64,000 nt of DNA from Eledone cirrhosa (GCA_964016885.1 OZ024763.1:18662001-18726000), one strand, 5' to 3'; numbered from the stretch's first letter, positions 38,501 to 51,304 are shown. Notes: generated by a model not told the origin, from the sequence alone. Numbers and translations are program-made.

Positions 38501-41500
38501 GGGTGTCCAGTCATAGTAACCCTGCCCCAAGTAATTGCTGTGAAGTGGTCAGTATTAGAAAGGGTGTCCAGCCATAGTAACCCTGCCCCAAGTAATTGCT
38601 GTGAAGTGGTCAGTATTAGAAAGGGTGTCCAGTCATAGTAACCCTGCCCCAAGTAATTGCTGTGAAGTGGTCAGTATTAGAAAGGGTGTCCAGTCATAGT
38701 AACCCTGCCCCAAGTAATTGCTGTGAAGTGGTCAGTATTAGAAAGGGTGTCCAGTCATAGTAACCCTGCCCCAAGTAATTGCTGTGAAGTGGTCAGTATT
38801 AGAAAGGGTGTCCAGTCATAGTAACCCTGCCCCAAGTAATTGCTGTGAAGTGGTCAGTATTAGAAAGGGTGTCCAGTCATAGTAACCCTGCCCCAAGTAA
38901 TTGCTGTGAAGTGGTCAGTATTAGAAAGGGTGTCCAGCCATAGTAACCCTGCCCCAAGTAATTGCTGTGAAGTGGTCAGTATTAGAAAGGGTGTCCAGTC
39001 ATAGTAACCCTGCCCCAAGTAATTGCTGTGAAGTGGTCAGTATTAGAAAGGGTGTCCAGTCATAGTAACCCTGCCCCAAGTAATTGCTGTGAAGTGGTTA
39101 GTATTAGAAAGGGTGTCCAGCCATAGTAACCCTGCCCCAAGTAATTGCTGTGAAGTGGTCAGTATTAGAAAGGGTGTCCAGCCATAGTAACCCTGCCCCA
39201 AGTAATTGCTGTGAAGTGGTTAGTATTAGAAAGGGTGTCCAGTCATAGTAACCCTGCCCCAAGTAATTGCTGTGAAGTGGTTAGTATTAGAAAGGGTGTC
39301 CAGTCATAGTAACCCTGCCCCAAGTAATTGCTGTGAAGTGGTCAGTATTAGAAAGGGTGTCCAGCCATAGTAACCCTGCCCCAAGTAATTGCTGTGAAGT
39401 GGTTAGTATTAGAAAGGGTGTCCAGTCATAGTAACCCTGCCCCAAGTAATTGCTGTGAAGTGGTCAGTATTAGAAAGGGTGTCCAGTTATAGTAACCCTG
39501 CCCCAAGTAATTGCTGTGAAGTGGTCAGTATTAGAAAGGGTGTCCAGTCATAGTAACCCTGCCCCAAGTAATTGCTGTGAAGTGGTTAGTATTAGAAAGG
39601 GTGTCCAGCCATAGTAACCCTGCCCCAAGTAATTGCTGTGAAGTGGTCAGTATTAGAAAGGGTGTCCAGTCATAGTAACCCTGCCCCAAGTAATTGCTGT
39701 GAAGTGGTCAGTATTAGAAAGGGTGTCCAGTCATAGTAACCCTGCCCCAAGTAATTGCTGTGAAGTGGTCAGTATTAGAAAGGGTGTCCAGTCATAGTAA
39801 CCCTGCCCAAGTAATTGCTGTGAAGTGGTCAGTATTAGAAAGGGTGTCCAGTCATAGTAACCCTGCCCAAGTAATTGCTGTGAAGTGGTCAGTATTAGAA
39901 AGGGTGTCCAGTCATAGTAACCCTGCCACAAGTAATTGCTGTGAAGTGGTCAGTATTAGAAAGGGTGTCCAGCCATAGTAACCCTGCCCCAAGTAATTGC
40001 TGTGAAGTGGTCAGTATTAGAAAGGGTGTCCAGTCATAGTAACCCTGCCTCAAGTAATTGCTGTGAAGTGGTCAGTATTAGAAAGGGTGTCCAGCCATAG
40101 TAACCCTGCCCCAAGTAATTGCTGTGAAGTGGTCAGTATTAGAAAGGGTGTCCAGTCATAGTAACCCTGCCTCAAGTAATTGCTGTGAAGTGGTCAGTAT
40201 TAGAAAGGGTGTCCAGCCATAGTAACCCTGCCCCAAGTAATTGCTGTGAAGTGGTCAGTATTAGAAAGGGTGTCCAGCCATAGTAACCCTGCCCCAAGTA
40301 ATTGCTGTGAAGTGGTCAGTATTAGAAAGGGTGTCCAGTCATAGTAACCCTGCCCCAAGTAATTGCTGTGAACTGGTCAGTATTAGAAAGGGTGTCCAGT
40401 CATAGTAACCCTGCCCCAAGTAATTGCTGTGAAGTGGTCAGTATTAGAAAGGGTGTCCAGCCATAGTAACCCTGCCCCAAGTAATTGCTGTGAAGTGGTC
40501 AGTATTAGAAAGGGTGTCCAGCCATAGTAACCCTGCCCCAAGTAATTGCTGTGAAGTGGTCAGTATTAGAAAGGGTGTCCAGCCATAGTAACCCTGCCCC
40601 AAGTAATTGCTGTGAAGTGGTCAGTATTAGAAAGGGTGTCCAGCCATAGTAACCCTGCCCCAAGTAATTGCTGTGAAGTGGTCAGTATTAGAAAGGGTGT
40701 CCAGTCATAGTAACCCTGCCCCAAGTAATTGCTGTGAAGTGGTCAGTATTAGAAAGGGTGTCCAGCCATAGTAACCCTGCCACAAGTAATTGCTGTGAAG
40801 TGGTCAGTATTAGAAAGGGTGTCCAGTTATAGTAACCCTGCCACAAGTAATTGCTGTGAAGTGGTCAGTATTAGAAAGGGTGTCCAGTCATAGTAACCCT
40901 GCCCCAAGTAATTGCTGTGAAGTGGTCAGTATTAGAAAGGGTGTCCAGTTATAGTAACCCTGCCCCAAGTAATTGCTGTGAAGTGGTCAGTATTAGAAAG
41001 GGTGTCCAGCCATAGTAACCCTGCCCCAAGTAATTGCTGTGAAGTGGTCAGTATTAGAAAGGGTGTCCAGTCACAGTAACCCTGCCCCAAGTAATTGCTG
41101 TGAAGTGGTTAGTATTAGAAAGGGTGTCCAGCCATAGTAACCCTGCCCCAAGTAATTGCTGTGAAGTGGTCAGTATTAGAAAGGGTGTCCAGTCATAGTA
41201 ACCCTGCCTCAAGTAATTGCTGTGAAGTGGTCAGTATTAGAAAGGGTGTCCAGTCACAGTAACCCTGCCCCAAGTAATTGCTGTGAAGTGGTTAGTATTA
41301 GAAAGGGTGTCCAGCCATAGTAACCCTGCCCCAAGTAATTGCTGTGAAGTGGTCAGTATTAGAAAGGGTGTCCAGTCATAGTAACCCTGCCTCAAGTAAT
41401 TGCTGTGAAGTGGTCAGTATTAGAAAGGGTGTCCAGTCATAGTAACCCTGCCCCAAGTAATTGCTGTGAAGTGGTCAGTATTAGAAAGGGTGTCCAGTTA

Positions 41501-44500
41501 TAGTAACCCTGCCCCAAGTAATTGCTGTGAAGTGGTCAGTATTAGAAAGGGTGTCCAGTCATAGTAACCCTGCCTCAAGTAATTGCTGTGAAGTGGTCAG
41601 TATTAGAAAGGGTGTCCAGTCATAGTAACCCTGCCCCAAGTAATTGCTGTGAAGTGGTCAGTATTAGAAAGGGTGTCCAGTTATAGTAACCCTGCCCCAA
41701 GTAATTGCTGTGAAGTGGTCAGTATTAGGAAGGGTGTCCAGCCATAGTAACCCTGCCCCAAGTAATTGCTGTGAAGTGGTCAGTATTAGAAAGGGTGTCC
41801 AGTCATAGTAACCCTGCCCCAAGTAATTGCTGTGAAGTGGTCAGTATTAGAAAGGGTGTCCAGCCATAGTAACCCTGCCTCAAGTAATTGCTGTGAAGTG
41901 GTCAGTATTAGAAAGGGTGTCCAGTCATAGTAACCCTGCCCCAAGTAATTGCTGTGAAGTGGTCAGTATTAGAAAGGGTGTCCAGTCATAGTAACCCTGC
42001 CCCAAGTAATTGCTGTGAACTGGTCAGTATTAGAAAGGGTGTCCAGTCATAGTAACCCTGCCCCAAGTAATTGCTGTGAAGTGGTCAGTATTAGAAAGGG
42101 TGTCCAGTCATAGTAACCCTGCCACAAGTAATTGCTGTGAAGTGGTCAGTATTAGAAAGGGTGTCCAGTTATAGTAACCCTGCCCCAAGTAATTGCTGTG
42201 AAGTGGTCAGTATTAGAAAGGGTGTCCAGTCATAGTAACCCTGCCTCAAGTAATTGCTGTGAAGTGGTCAGTATTAGAAAGGGTGTCCAGTCATAGTAAC
42301 CCTGCCCCAAGTAATTGCTGTGAAGTGGTCAGTATTAGAAAGGGTGTCCAGTTATAGTAACCCTGCCCCAAGTAATTGCTGTGAAGTGGTCAGTATTAGG
42401 AAGGGTGTCCAGCCATAGTAACCCTGCCCCAAGTAATTGCTGTGAAGTGGTCAGTATTAGAAAGGGTGTCCAGTCATAGTAACCCTGCCCCAAGTAATTG
42501 CTGTGAAGTGGTCAGTATTAGAAAGGGTGTCCAGCCATAGTAACCCTGCCTCAAGTAATTGCTGTGAAGTGGTCAGTATTAGAAAGGGTGTCCAGTCATA
42601 GTAACCCTGCCTCAAGTAATTGCTGTGAAGTGGTCAGTATTAGAAAGGGTGTCCAGTCATAGTAACCCTGCCCCAAGTAATTGCTGTGAAGTGGTCAGTA
42701 TTAGAAAGGGTGTCCAGTCATAGTAACCCTGCCTCAAGTAATTGCTGTGAAGTGGTCAGTATTAGAAAGGGTGTCCAGTCATAGTAACCCTGCCTCAAGT
42801 AATTGCTGTGAAGTGGTCAGTATTAGAAAGGGTGTCCAGCCATAGTAACCCTGCCCCAAGTAATTGCTGTGAAGTGGTTAGTATTAGAAAGGGTGTCCAG
42901 CCATAGTAACCCTGCCCAAGTAATTGCTGTGAAGTGGTCAGTATTAGAAAGGGTGTCCAGTTATAGTAACCCTGCCCCAAGTAATTGCTGTGAAGTGGTC
43001 AGTATTAGAAAGGGTGTCCAGTTATAGTAACCCTTCCCCAAGTAATTGCTGTGAAGTGGTCAGTATTAGAAAGGGTGTCCAGTCATAGTAACCCTGCCCC
43101 AAGTAATTGCTGTGAAGTGGTCAGTATTAGAAAGGGTGTCCAGTCATAGTAACCCTGCCCCAAGTAATTGCTGTGAAGTGGTCAGTATTAGAAAGGGTGT
43201 CCAGTCATATTAACCCTGCCCCAAGTAATTGCTGTGAAGTGGTCAGTATTAGAAAGGGTGTCCAGTTATAGTAACCCTTCCCCAAGTAATTGCTGTGAAG
43301 TGGTCAGTATTAGAAAGGGTGTCCAGTTATAGTAACCCTTCCCCAAGTAATTGCTGTGAAGTGGTCAGTATTAGAAAGGGTGTCCAGTCATAGTAACCCT
43401 GCCACAAGTAATTGCTGTGAAGTGGTCAGTATTAGAAAGGGTGTCCAGTCATAGTAACCCTGCCCCAAGTAATTGCTGTGAAGTGGTCAGTATTAGAAAG
43501 GGTGTCCAGTCATAGTAACCCTGCCCCAAGTAATTGCTGTGAAGTGGTCAGTATTAGAAAGGGTGTCCAGTCATAGTAACCCTGCCTCAAGTAATTGCTG
43601 TGAAGTGGTCAGTATTAGAAAGGGTGTCCAGTCATAGTAACCCTGCCCCAAGTAATTGCTGTGAAGTGGTCAGTATTAGAAAGGGTGTCCAGTCATAGTA
43701 ACCCTGCCCCAAGTAATTGCTGTGAAGTGGTCAGTATTAGAAAGGGTGTCCAGTCATAGTAACCCTGCCTCAAGTAATTGCTGTGAAGTGGTCAGTATTA
43801 GAAAGGACATCCAGTCATAGTAACCCTGCCCCAAGTAATTGCTGTGAAGTGGTCAGTATTAGAAAGGGTGTCCAGTCATAGTAACCCTGCCTCAAGTAAT
43901 TGCTGTGAAGTGGTCAGTATTAGAAAGGACATCCAGTCATAGTAACCCTGCCCCAAGTAATTGCTGTGAAGTGGTCAGTATTAGAAAGGGTGTCCAGTCA
44001 TAGTAACCCTGCCTCAAGTAATTGCTGTGAAGTGGTCAGTATTAGAAAGGGTGTCCAGCCATAGTAACCCTGCCCCAAGTAATTGCTGTGAAGTGGTCAG
44101 TATTAGAAAGGGTGTCCAGCCATAGTAACCCTGCCCCAAGTAATTGCTGTGAAGTGGTCAGTATTAGAAAGGGTGTCCAGTCATAGTAACCCTGCCTCAA
44201 GTAATTGCTGTGAAGTGGTCAGTATTAGAAAGGGTGTCCAGCCATAGTAACCCTGCCCCAAGTAATTGCTGTGAAGTGGTCAGTATTAGAAAGGGTGTCC
44301 AGTCATAGTAACCCTGCCTCAAGTAATTGCTGTGAAGTGGTCAGTATTAGAAAGGGTGTCCAGCCATAGTAACCCTGCCCCAAGTAATTGCTGTGAAGTG
44401 GTCAGTATTAGAAAGGGTGTCCAGTCATAGTAACCCTGCCTCAAGTAATTGCTGTGAAGTGGTCAGTATTAGAAAGGACATCCAGTCATAGTAACCCTGC

Positions 44501-45541
44501 CCCAAGTAATTGCTGTGAAGTGGTCAGTATTAGAAAGGGTGTCCAGTCATAGTAACCCTGCCTCAAGTAATTGCTGTGAAGTGGTCAGTATTAGAAAGGA
44601 CATCCAGTCATAGTAACCCTGCCCCAAGTAATTGCTGTGAAGTGGTCAGTATTAGAAAGGGTGTCCAGTCATAGTAACCCTGCCCCAAGTAATTGCTGTG
44701 AAGTGGTCAGTATTAGAAAGGGTGTCCAGTCATATTAACCCTGCCTCAAGTAATTGCTGTGAAGTGGTCAGTATTAGAAAGGGTGTCCAGTCATAGTAAC
44801 CCTGCCCCAAGTAATTGCTGTGAAGTGGTCAGTATTAGAAAGGGTGTCCAGTCATAGTAACCCTGCCCCAAGTAATTGCTGTGAAGTGGTCAGTATTAGA
44901 AAGGGTGTCCAGTCATAGTAACCCTGCCTCAAGTAATTGCTGTGAAGTGGTCAGTATTAGAAAGGGTGTCCAGTCATAGTAACCCTGCCCCAAGTAATTG
45001 CTGTGAAGTGGTCAGTATTAGAAAGGGTGTCCAGTCATAGTAACCCTGCCCCAAGTAATTGCTGTGAAGTGGTCAGTATTAGAAAGGGTGTCCAGTCATA
45101 GTAACCCTGCCCCAAGTAATTGCTGTGAAGTGGTCAGTATTAGAAAGGGTGTCCAGTCATAGTAACCCTGCCCCAAGTAATTGCTGTGAAGTGGTCAGTA
45201 TTAGAAAGGGTGTCCAGTCATAGTAACCCTGCCCCAAGTAATTGCTGTGAAGTGGTCAGTATTAGAAAGGGTGTCCAGTCATAGTAACCCTGCCCCAAGT
45301 AATTGCTGTGAAGTGGTCAGTATTAGAAAGGGTGTCCAGTCATAGTAACCCTGCCTCAAGTAATTGCTGTGAAGTGGTCAGTATTAGAAAGGGTGTCCAG
45401 CCATAGTAACCCTGCCCCAAGTAATTGCTGTGAAGTGGTTAGTATTAGAAAGGGTGTCCAGTCATAGTAACCCTGCCTCAAGTAATTGCTGTGAAGTGGT
45501 CAGTATTAGAAAGGGTGTCCAGTCATAGTAACCCTGCCCAA
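32570..45541. repeat. 13-kb satellite, 61-bp unit, about 212 copies, SINE/RTE-3'UTR-derived
   Basis: Unit GTAACCCTGCCCCAAGTAATTGCTGTGAAGTGGTCAGTATTAGAAAGGGTGTCCAGTCATA. The register shifts 1 nt per 60-nt line. Few variant positions. Confidence 0.98.
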
Positions 45542-45632
45542 AATGGGCAACAGATGCTCACCTGACCGGTCTAGCTTTAGTGTGTGACAACCTGTTTGAT
45601 CCAGGTTAGACTGGAAAATATACTTTAAATGG

Positions 45633-45669
<37 letters not shown>

Positions 45670-45967
45670 AAAGACAGCTGTGATGATGGTGATGGTGGTG
45701 GTGGTGATGATGATGATGATGATGATGATGATGTTAATGATGATGATGATGGTTATGATGATGATGATGATGATGATGGTTATGATGTTGATGATGTTGA
45801 TGATGGTTATGATGTTAATGATGATGATGATGATGGTTATGATGTTAATGATGATGATGATGGTTATGATGTTAATGATGATGATGGTTATGATGTTGAT
45901 GATGGTTATGATGTTAATGATGATGATGATGGTTATGATGTTGATGATGATGATGATGGTTATGATG

Positions 45968-45998
<31 letters not shown>

Positions 45999-46158
45999 TT
46001 ATGATGTTGATGATGATGATGATGGTTATGATGTTGATGATGGTTATGATGTTAATGATGATGATGATGATGGTTATGATGTTGATAATGATGATGATCG
46101 TTATGATGAACGGTGATGTTGATGATAATGGAAGTGATGATGATGATGATGATGATGA
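45542..46158 (+). repeat. Degenerate SINE 3' end followed by an expanded (GAT)n tail
   Basis: GCTCACCTGACC..GACAACC..TGGAAAAT..TTAAATGGTGATGATG resembles the reverse complement of 8625-8730. Confidence 0.7.
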
Positions 46159-46159
46159 A

Positions 46160-46230
46160 AAATAAACTCCATTTGGTCATTCCATGAGAGTATCTTGGTC
46201 AGCCTATGAACATTTCAGCCGACCCTTGTA
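46160..46230 (-). mobile_element. Possible mariner-like terminal fragment
   Basis: Minus strand TACAAGGGTCGGCTGAAATGTTCATAGGCT resembles TA-C.AGGG....TGAAAAGTTC mariner-type TIR starts. No partner TIR found. Confidence 0.35.
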
Positions 46231-46296
46231 CTCTAGTCATCAGATGTATTCGTTACCTTGAGATAAACTCATGCTTACTGTGTGATGCTAATTGGG

Positions 46297-46408
46297 TAAC
46301 CCAGCCTAACCCAGCCTACCGTAGCCTAACCCGGCCTACCATAGCCTAACCCAGCCTACCATAGCCTAACCCAGCCTACCATAGACTAACCCGGCTTACC
46401 GTAGCCTA
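46297..46408. repeat. 20-bp minisatellite, about 5 copies
   Basis: TAGCCTAACCCAGCCTACCA. Confidence 0.85.
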
Positions 46409-46545
46409 GTGTAGCCCTGCTTAATGGTGTGTGACTGTAACCAGCTCTATTTATAATAAAAGGTCATCTTTATATAGTTTGAGATAAACACACGCTTTTA
46501 TTTCACTGTTTTATGTCTCTCAGCTGCCAACCTTGGACTTAATAA

Positions 46546-47420
46546 CTCTTCTTCTTTGCTTTCTTCTTCTTCTTTGCCTTCTTCTTCTTTGCTTTCTTCT
46601 TCTTCTTTGCCTTCTTCTTCTTTGCTTTCTTCTTCTTCTTTGCCTTCTTCTTCTTCTTTGCCTTCTTCTTCTTTGCTTTCTTCTTCTTCTTTGCCTTCTT
46701 CTTCTTTGCTTTCTTCTTCTTCTTTGTTTTCTTCTTCTTCTTTGCCTTCTTCTTCTTTCTCTTCTTTGCTTTTTTCTTCTTCTTTGCCTTCTTCTTCTTT
46801 GCTTTCTTCTTCTTCTTTGTTTTCTTCTTCTTCTTTGCCTTCTTCTTCTTTCTCTTCTTTGCTTTTTTCTTCTTCTTTGCCTTCTTCTTCTTCTTTGTTT
46901 TCTTCTTCTTTGCCTTCTTCTTTCTCTTCTTTGCTTTTTTCTTCTTCTCCTTTGCTTTCTTCTTCTTCTTTGTTTTCTTCTTCTTCTTTGCCTTCTTCTT
47001 CTTTGCTTTTTTCTTCTTCTTCTTTGCCTTCTTCTTCTTCTTTGTTTTCTTCTTCTTCTTTGCCTTCTTCTTCTTTCTCTTTGCTTTTTTCTTCTTCTTC
47101 TTTGCCTTCTTCTTCTTCTTTGTTTTCTTCTTCTTTGCCTTCTTCTTTCTCTTCTTTGCTTTCTTCTTCTTCTTTGTTTTCTTCTTCTTCTTTGCCTTCT
47201 TCTTCTTTCTCTTCTTTGCTTTTTTCTTCTTCTTTGCCTTTTTCTTTGCTTTCTTCTTCTTTGCCTCCTCCCCTTCCTCCTCCTCCTCTTCCTCCAATGA
47301 GGCTGGGGTCTTCCTCAGCCAGTGACCCCAAAGCATCATCATACATTGAGCCGACCAGTTGCACCAGTTTCCTCCATCGTTGGCAATCCCATGCCAGCTC
47401 CTTTGCATCCTCCAAATAAT
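46546..47420 (-). repeat. (GAA)-based compound repeat downstream of a LINE-like 3' end
   Basis: AKELAWDCQRWRKLV (47415-47370, minus strand) resembles RTE C-termini (A.DR.RWR.LV). It is followed by about 730 bp of AAAGAAGAAGAAG(G/A)C units. Confidence 0.65.
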
Positions 47421-47700
47421 TGTTCTTCTACTTTTGGCACAAGGCCAGCAATTACCCCAGTACATTACTGGTACTTTATTTTATCGACCCCGTAAGGATG
47501 AAAGGCAAAGTTAACCTCGGCGGGATTTGAACACAGAATGGCAAGGGCCGTAACTATATGCGTCAAAGCATGGCGTCCGACCTTCTACCGACACTGCCAA
47601 TCCATAATGATATATCATCATCATCATCATCATCATCGGGTTTAGCGTCCGTGTTCCACGCTTGCATGGGTTTGGACGGGGGTTTTCCCACTTGAGATAT

Positions 47701-48321
47701 ATATATGTGAAAAAATGGGGAGAAGAATACTGCAGGTTGCACATGGATAACATGTAATAAAATGAGTCCCTCATCAGTGATTTGCTGACGATCATAGATA
47801 TTTCATTGCATTAAAAATCATATACCTCACGTTGGTGCAATAATAACTAAATTAAGTTATTAGGACAATTAAAACGCGTAAAGCGAGTGAGACAAGTAAA
47901 CAACAAAGAGGAGAGCTAACCGTAGAGAGGAAGGGAACAAGCTACATAGTTATTCTGTTAGCATAAGCTAGGTGAATATATGAGCGCTTAGAAAAAAGAC
48001 CTTTCGAGATGAATCCAAATGTGAGAAAGAAAGAAAATGTTTTCGTCACGAACGGGGTGAAGTGAGAAGGGGAGAAACAGTGAGTGAGTGAGTGGAAGTG
48101 TGAGGAAGAGTTAACTGACATGACAGAGGGGGCGAAAGAAAGTAGGAGAAACAGAGAGAACGAGGGAGCAGTAAGAGAGAGAGAGAGGAAAAAACAGAAT
48201 CGCAGTTTAGGTAAATATATGTGAAAAAATGGGGAGAAGAATACTGCAGGTTGCACATGGATAACATGTAATAAAATGAGTCCTTCATTAGTGATTTGCC
48301 GACGATCATAGATATTTCATT
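47701..48321 (-). mobile_element. Non-coding element with 107-bp terminal direct repeats
   Basis: 47701-47807 is near-identical to 48215-48321 (period 514). CTGATGA lies on the minus strand inside the first repeat. TA-flanked. Confidence 0.6.
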
Positions 48322-48334
48322 ATATATATATATA

Positions 48335-48512
48335 CCCAGTCCACACTGTAAAGTGGTTGGTGTTAAGAAGGGTCCTCTAGCCATAGAAAACCTACCAGAG
48401 ACACTTCCGTGTGAGCAAGACACGTCTCCCGACCAATTCCACATCAAATGGAACAAAACCGTCAAACCCATGCTAGTGTGGAAGATGGATGTTAAACGAC
48501 GATGACAATGAT
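48335..48512 (+). mobile_element. SINE/RTE 3'-UTR fragment
   Basis: CCACACTGTAAAGTGGTTGGTGTTA...CCCATGCTAGTGTGGAAGATGGATGTTAAACGACGATG. Confidence 0.8.
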
Positions 48513-48677
48513 GGTTTCGGGCCATTTGTTACGACATATCTGAAGGAAATGATTGATAAGATCTCCGACATCAATCACTAACCGAGTGAGGTGGAACTTG
48601 TCAAATCAGACCAAGGAAACAATGTTTCCATTGATCTTTCTATTGCTGATACTATCTAATGGTCACAGATAGATATC

Positions 48678-49096
48678 TTTCTTTATTTGCCACAGGGGCG
48701 TACAAAAAGGGGACATTACAAGACATGACGGCGGGGGTTTTACATAAAAATAACTTTAACATTAATAAATACCAATAAACTATATATAATAAAATAACAA
48801 TTGAAGTCCCCAGTAGAGGGGAACGTTACTGCGGGGTTGTTTTACACCCCGTGGATAGAACAACCCTCAACACCAGGAACACGTTTTGTAGGTGTTCCTG
48901 TCCTCCCTCTGTTTATCTTCCTCAACCTACAGGTTTATATACAGAGAAGGCCCATTCACTCGGGCCATTTTCGCCACATTCACTCACCTTTCAGCGAATT
49001 TACTGGGGTGTAGCACCTCTCTTTCCACTCTCACCTTCCTTCTGAAGTGATACTTAAAGAAGGGGATAAGTTGTTGTCCGGAGAGATGGTCACGGA
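48678..49096 (-). mobile_element. L1/Tx1-like LINE 3' end inserted in (GATA)n
   Basis: Minus-strand peptide IRDHLSGQQLIPFFKYHFRRKVRVEREVLHPSKFAER*VNVAKMARVNGPSLYINL*. AATAAAGAAA terminus. GATA repeats on both sides. Confidence 0.62.
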
Positions 49097-49265
49097 TAGA
49101 TAGATAGATAAATATGTAGAATAGATCAACAAGAGCCCAGATCTCATTTGCTGATCAATTTCATCAACATATATATATATATATGAGTGTGTGACAGCTC
49201 ACACCTATGCAGGTTTAGCTGGCCTCCTCCAAGGTATATCTCGTTGGAGGTGTCTTGGGTAATTT

Positions 49266-49432
49266 AATGATAGGGACCCTGGTCCCTATCATCTCATTTC
49301 TACAGCTGAGTAAACTGGAGCAATGTGAAATAAAGTGTCTTGCTCAAGGAAACAACACATCACCCGGTCTGAGAATTGAACTCACAACTTTTTGATTGCA
49401 AGGCCAATGCTCTAACTACTAAACCATGCGCC
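49266..49432 (-). mobile_element. CORE-like SINE head fragment
   Basis: tRNA head plus CORE-like segment. Another copy at 49872-50060(-). Confidence 0.88.
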
Positions 49433-49472
49433 CTCACACACACACACACACACTCACACATATATATATATT

Positions 49473-49535
<63 letters not shown>

Positions 49536-49686
49536 ATATTTATATGTATATATATATTTATATTTATATATATATATTTATATATGTATAAATGAAGTAA
49601 TTCCGTCGGAAAAGTCCAGGAAAAAAGAGTGCTCTATGTAGGTAACAGAGCTTAATAGTTATGTAATAAACAACATAAGGCAATTA

Positions 49687-49746
49687 TTCCATTTACCAGT
49701 GGTTTCTTAAAAGCAAAAAATTTTGCTTTCAATCATCAGAATGAAA
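49687..49746 (-). ncRNA. Type I hammerhead ribozyme (family E)
   Basis: Minus strand: TTTCATT-CTGATGA-TTGAAAGCAAA(ATTT)TTTGCTTTTAA-GAAA-CC(ACT)GG-TA^AATGGAA. All three stems form, GUA triplet. The element spans about 49590-49760 within (TA)n. Confidence 0.88.
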
Positions 49747-49775
49747 AAATCCTGGTCTCTATATATATATGTATA

Positions 49776-49808
<33 letters not shown>

Positions 49809-50057
49809 ATATGTATATATATATATGTATATATATATATGTATATATATATATATAATAGTAGAACACTAGTGGTACCTCCACGACCACTTTGCAGTGG
49901 AATGATAGGGACCCCAGTCCCTATCATCTCATTTCTACAGCTGATTAAACTGGAGCAATGTGAAAAAAAGTGTCTTGCTCAAGGAAACAACACATCACCC
50001 GGTCTGAGAATTGAACTCACAACCTTTCAATTGCAAGGCCAATGCTCTAGCCATGTG

Positions 50058-50735
<678 letters not shown>

Positions 50736-51094
50736 ATATATATACACATACTCAACTTAATATGACACGACGTAAAGTTTTCATTATCTCCCCCTCTCTC
50801 TATATATTATATATTATTTCTCTCTCTTGAGTCTTTCTATCTGTCTGATGACTTGATTGATATCTCTCTGTTGCTTTCCTCTGTTTTTCTTATTTCTTCC
50901 TTTTTTCTTTTTTTCTTTTTTCTTTCTTTCCTCCTGTCTTTATTTATCTCTCTCTTTTTTCTCCATGCATTTCTCTCCGATATTTCTCCACGTTTTTTTC
51001 TTTTTCTTTTTTCTCTCTCTCTGTCTTTTTTCTTTCTCTCCGTCTTTTTCTAATTGTCCTTAACACTAAGACTTATTAAAATAATATAAACAAT

Positions 51095-51280
51095 TCACTA
51101 TCCAGATGGCTTCCAAAAATAATGGTCGCATTTTAAAAGGGTACGTCAAAGCTTATTTGTAAAACTGTTATATATTGTTTTTTATCTGATGGCATACCAT
51201 AATTTAATTTGGTATCCCTGAAATATGTATAATGAAATAGATATGGTTTTATAAATATAGTTTCCATTTATTAATATCGT
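51095..51280 (+). mobile_element. Family C element with a degenerate HHR core
   Basis: TTTAT-CTGAT(deletion)GGCATACCA..TGGTATCCCT-GAAA-TATGTATA-ATGAAATA. Confidence 0.75.
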
Positions 51281-51304
51281 ATATATACATATATATATAT
51301 ATAT

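Noticed and set aside
32570-45541. CRISPR array or coding repeat
   Set aside because: Head-to-tail near-identical 61-mers with no unique spacers. The unit is not a multiple of 3 and contains stops.
46190-46250. Minus-strand CTGATGA...GAAA as a hammerhead
   Set aside because: No stem I complementarity and a poor stem II. The GAAA belongs to a mariner-TIR-like sequence.
46297-46408. Interstitial telomeric repeat
   Set aside because: TAACCC occurs only once per 20-bp unit, not as a (TTAGGG)n tract.
46498-47465. Glu/Lys-rich or histone-H1-like ORFs
   Set aside because: A (GAA)-based repeat that is open in four frames. It is better explained as an expanded LINE tail.
50845-50870. Other CTGATGA/CTGAAGA hits (7548, 18246, 27383, 29004, 50845, 53220, 57949)
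   Set aside because: None is followed by a hairpin plus GAAA and NUH with flanking stems.
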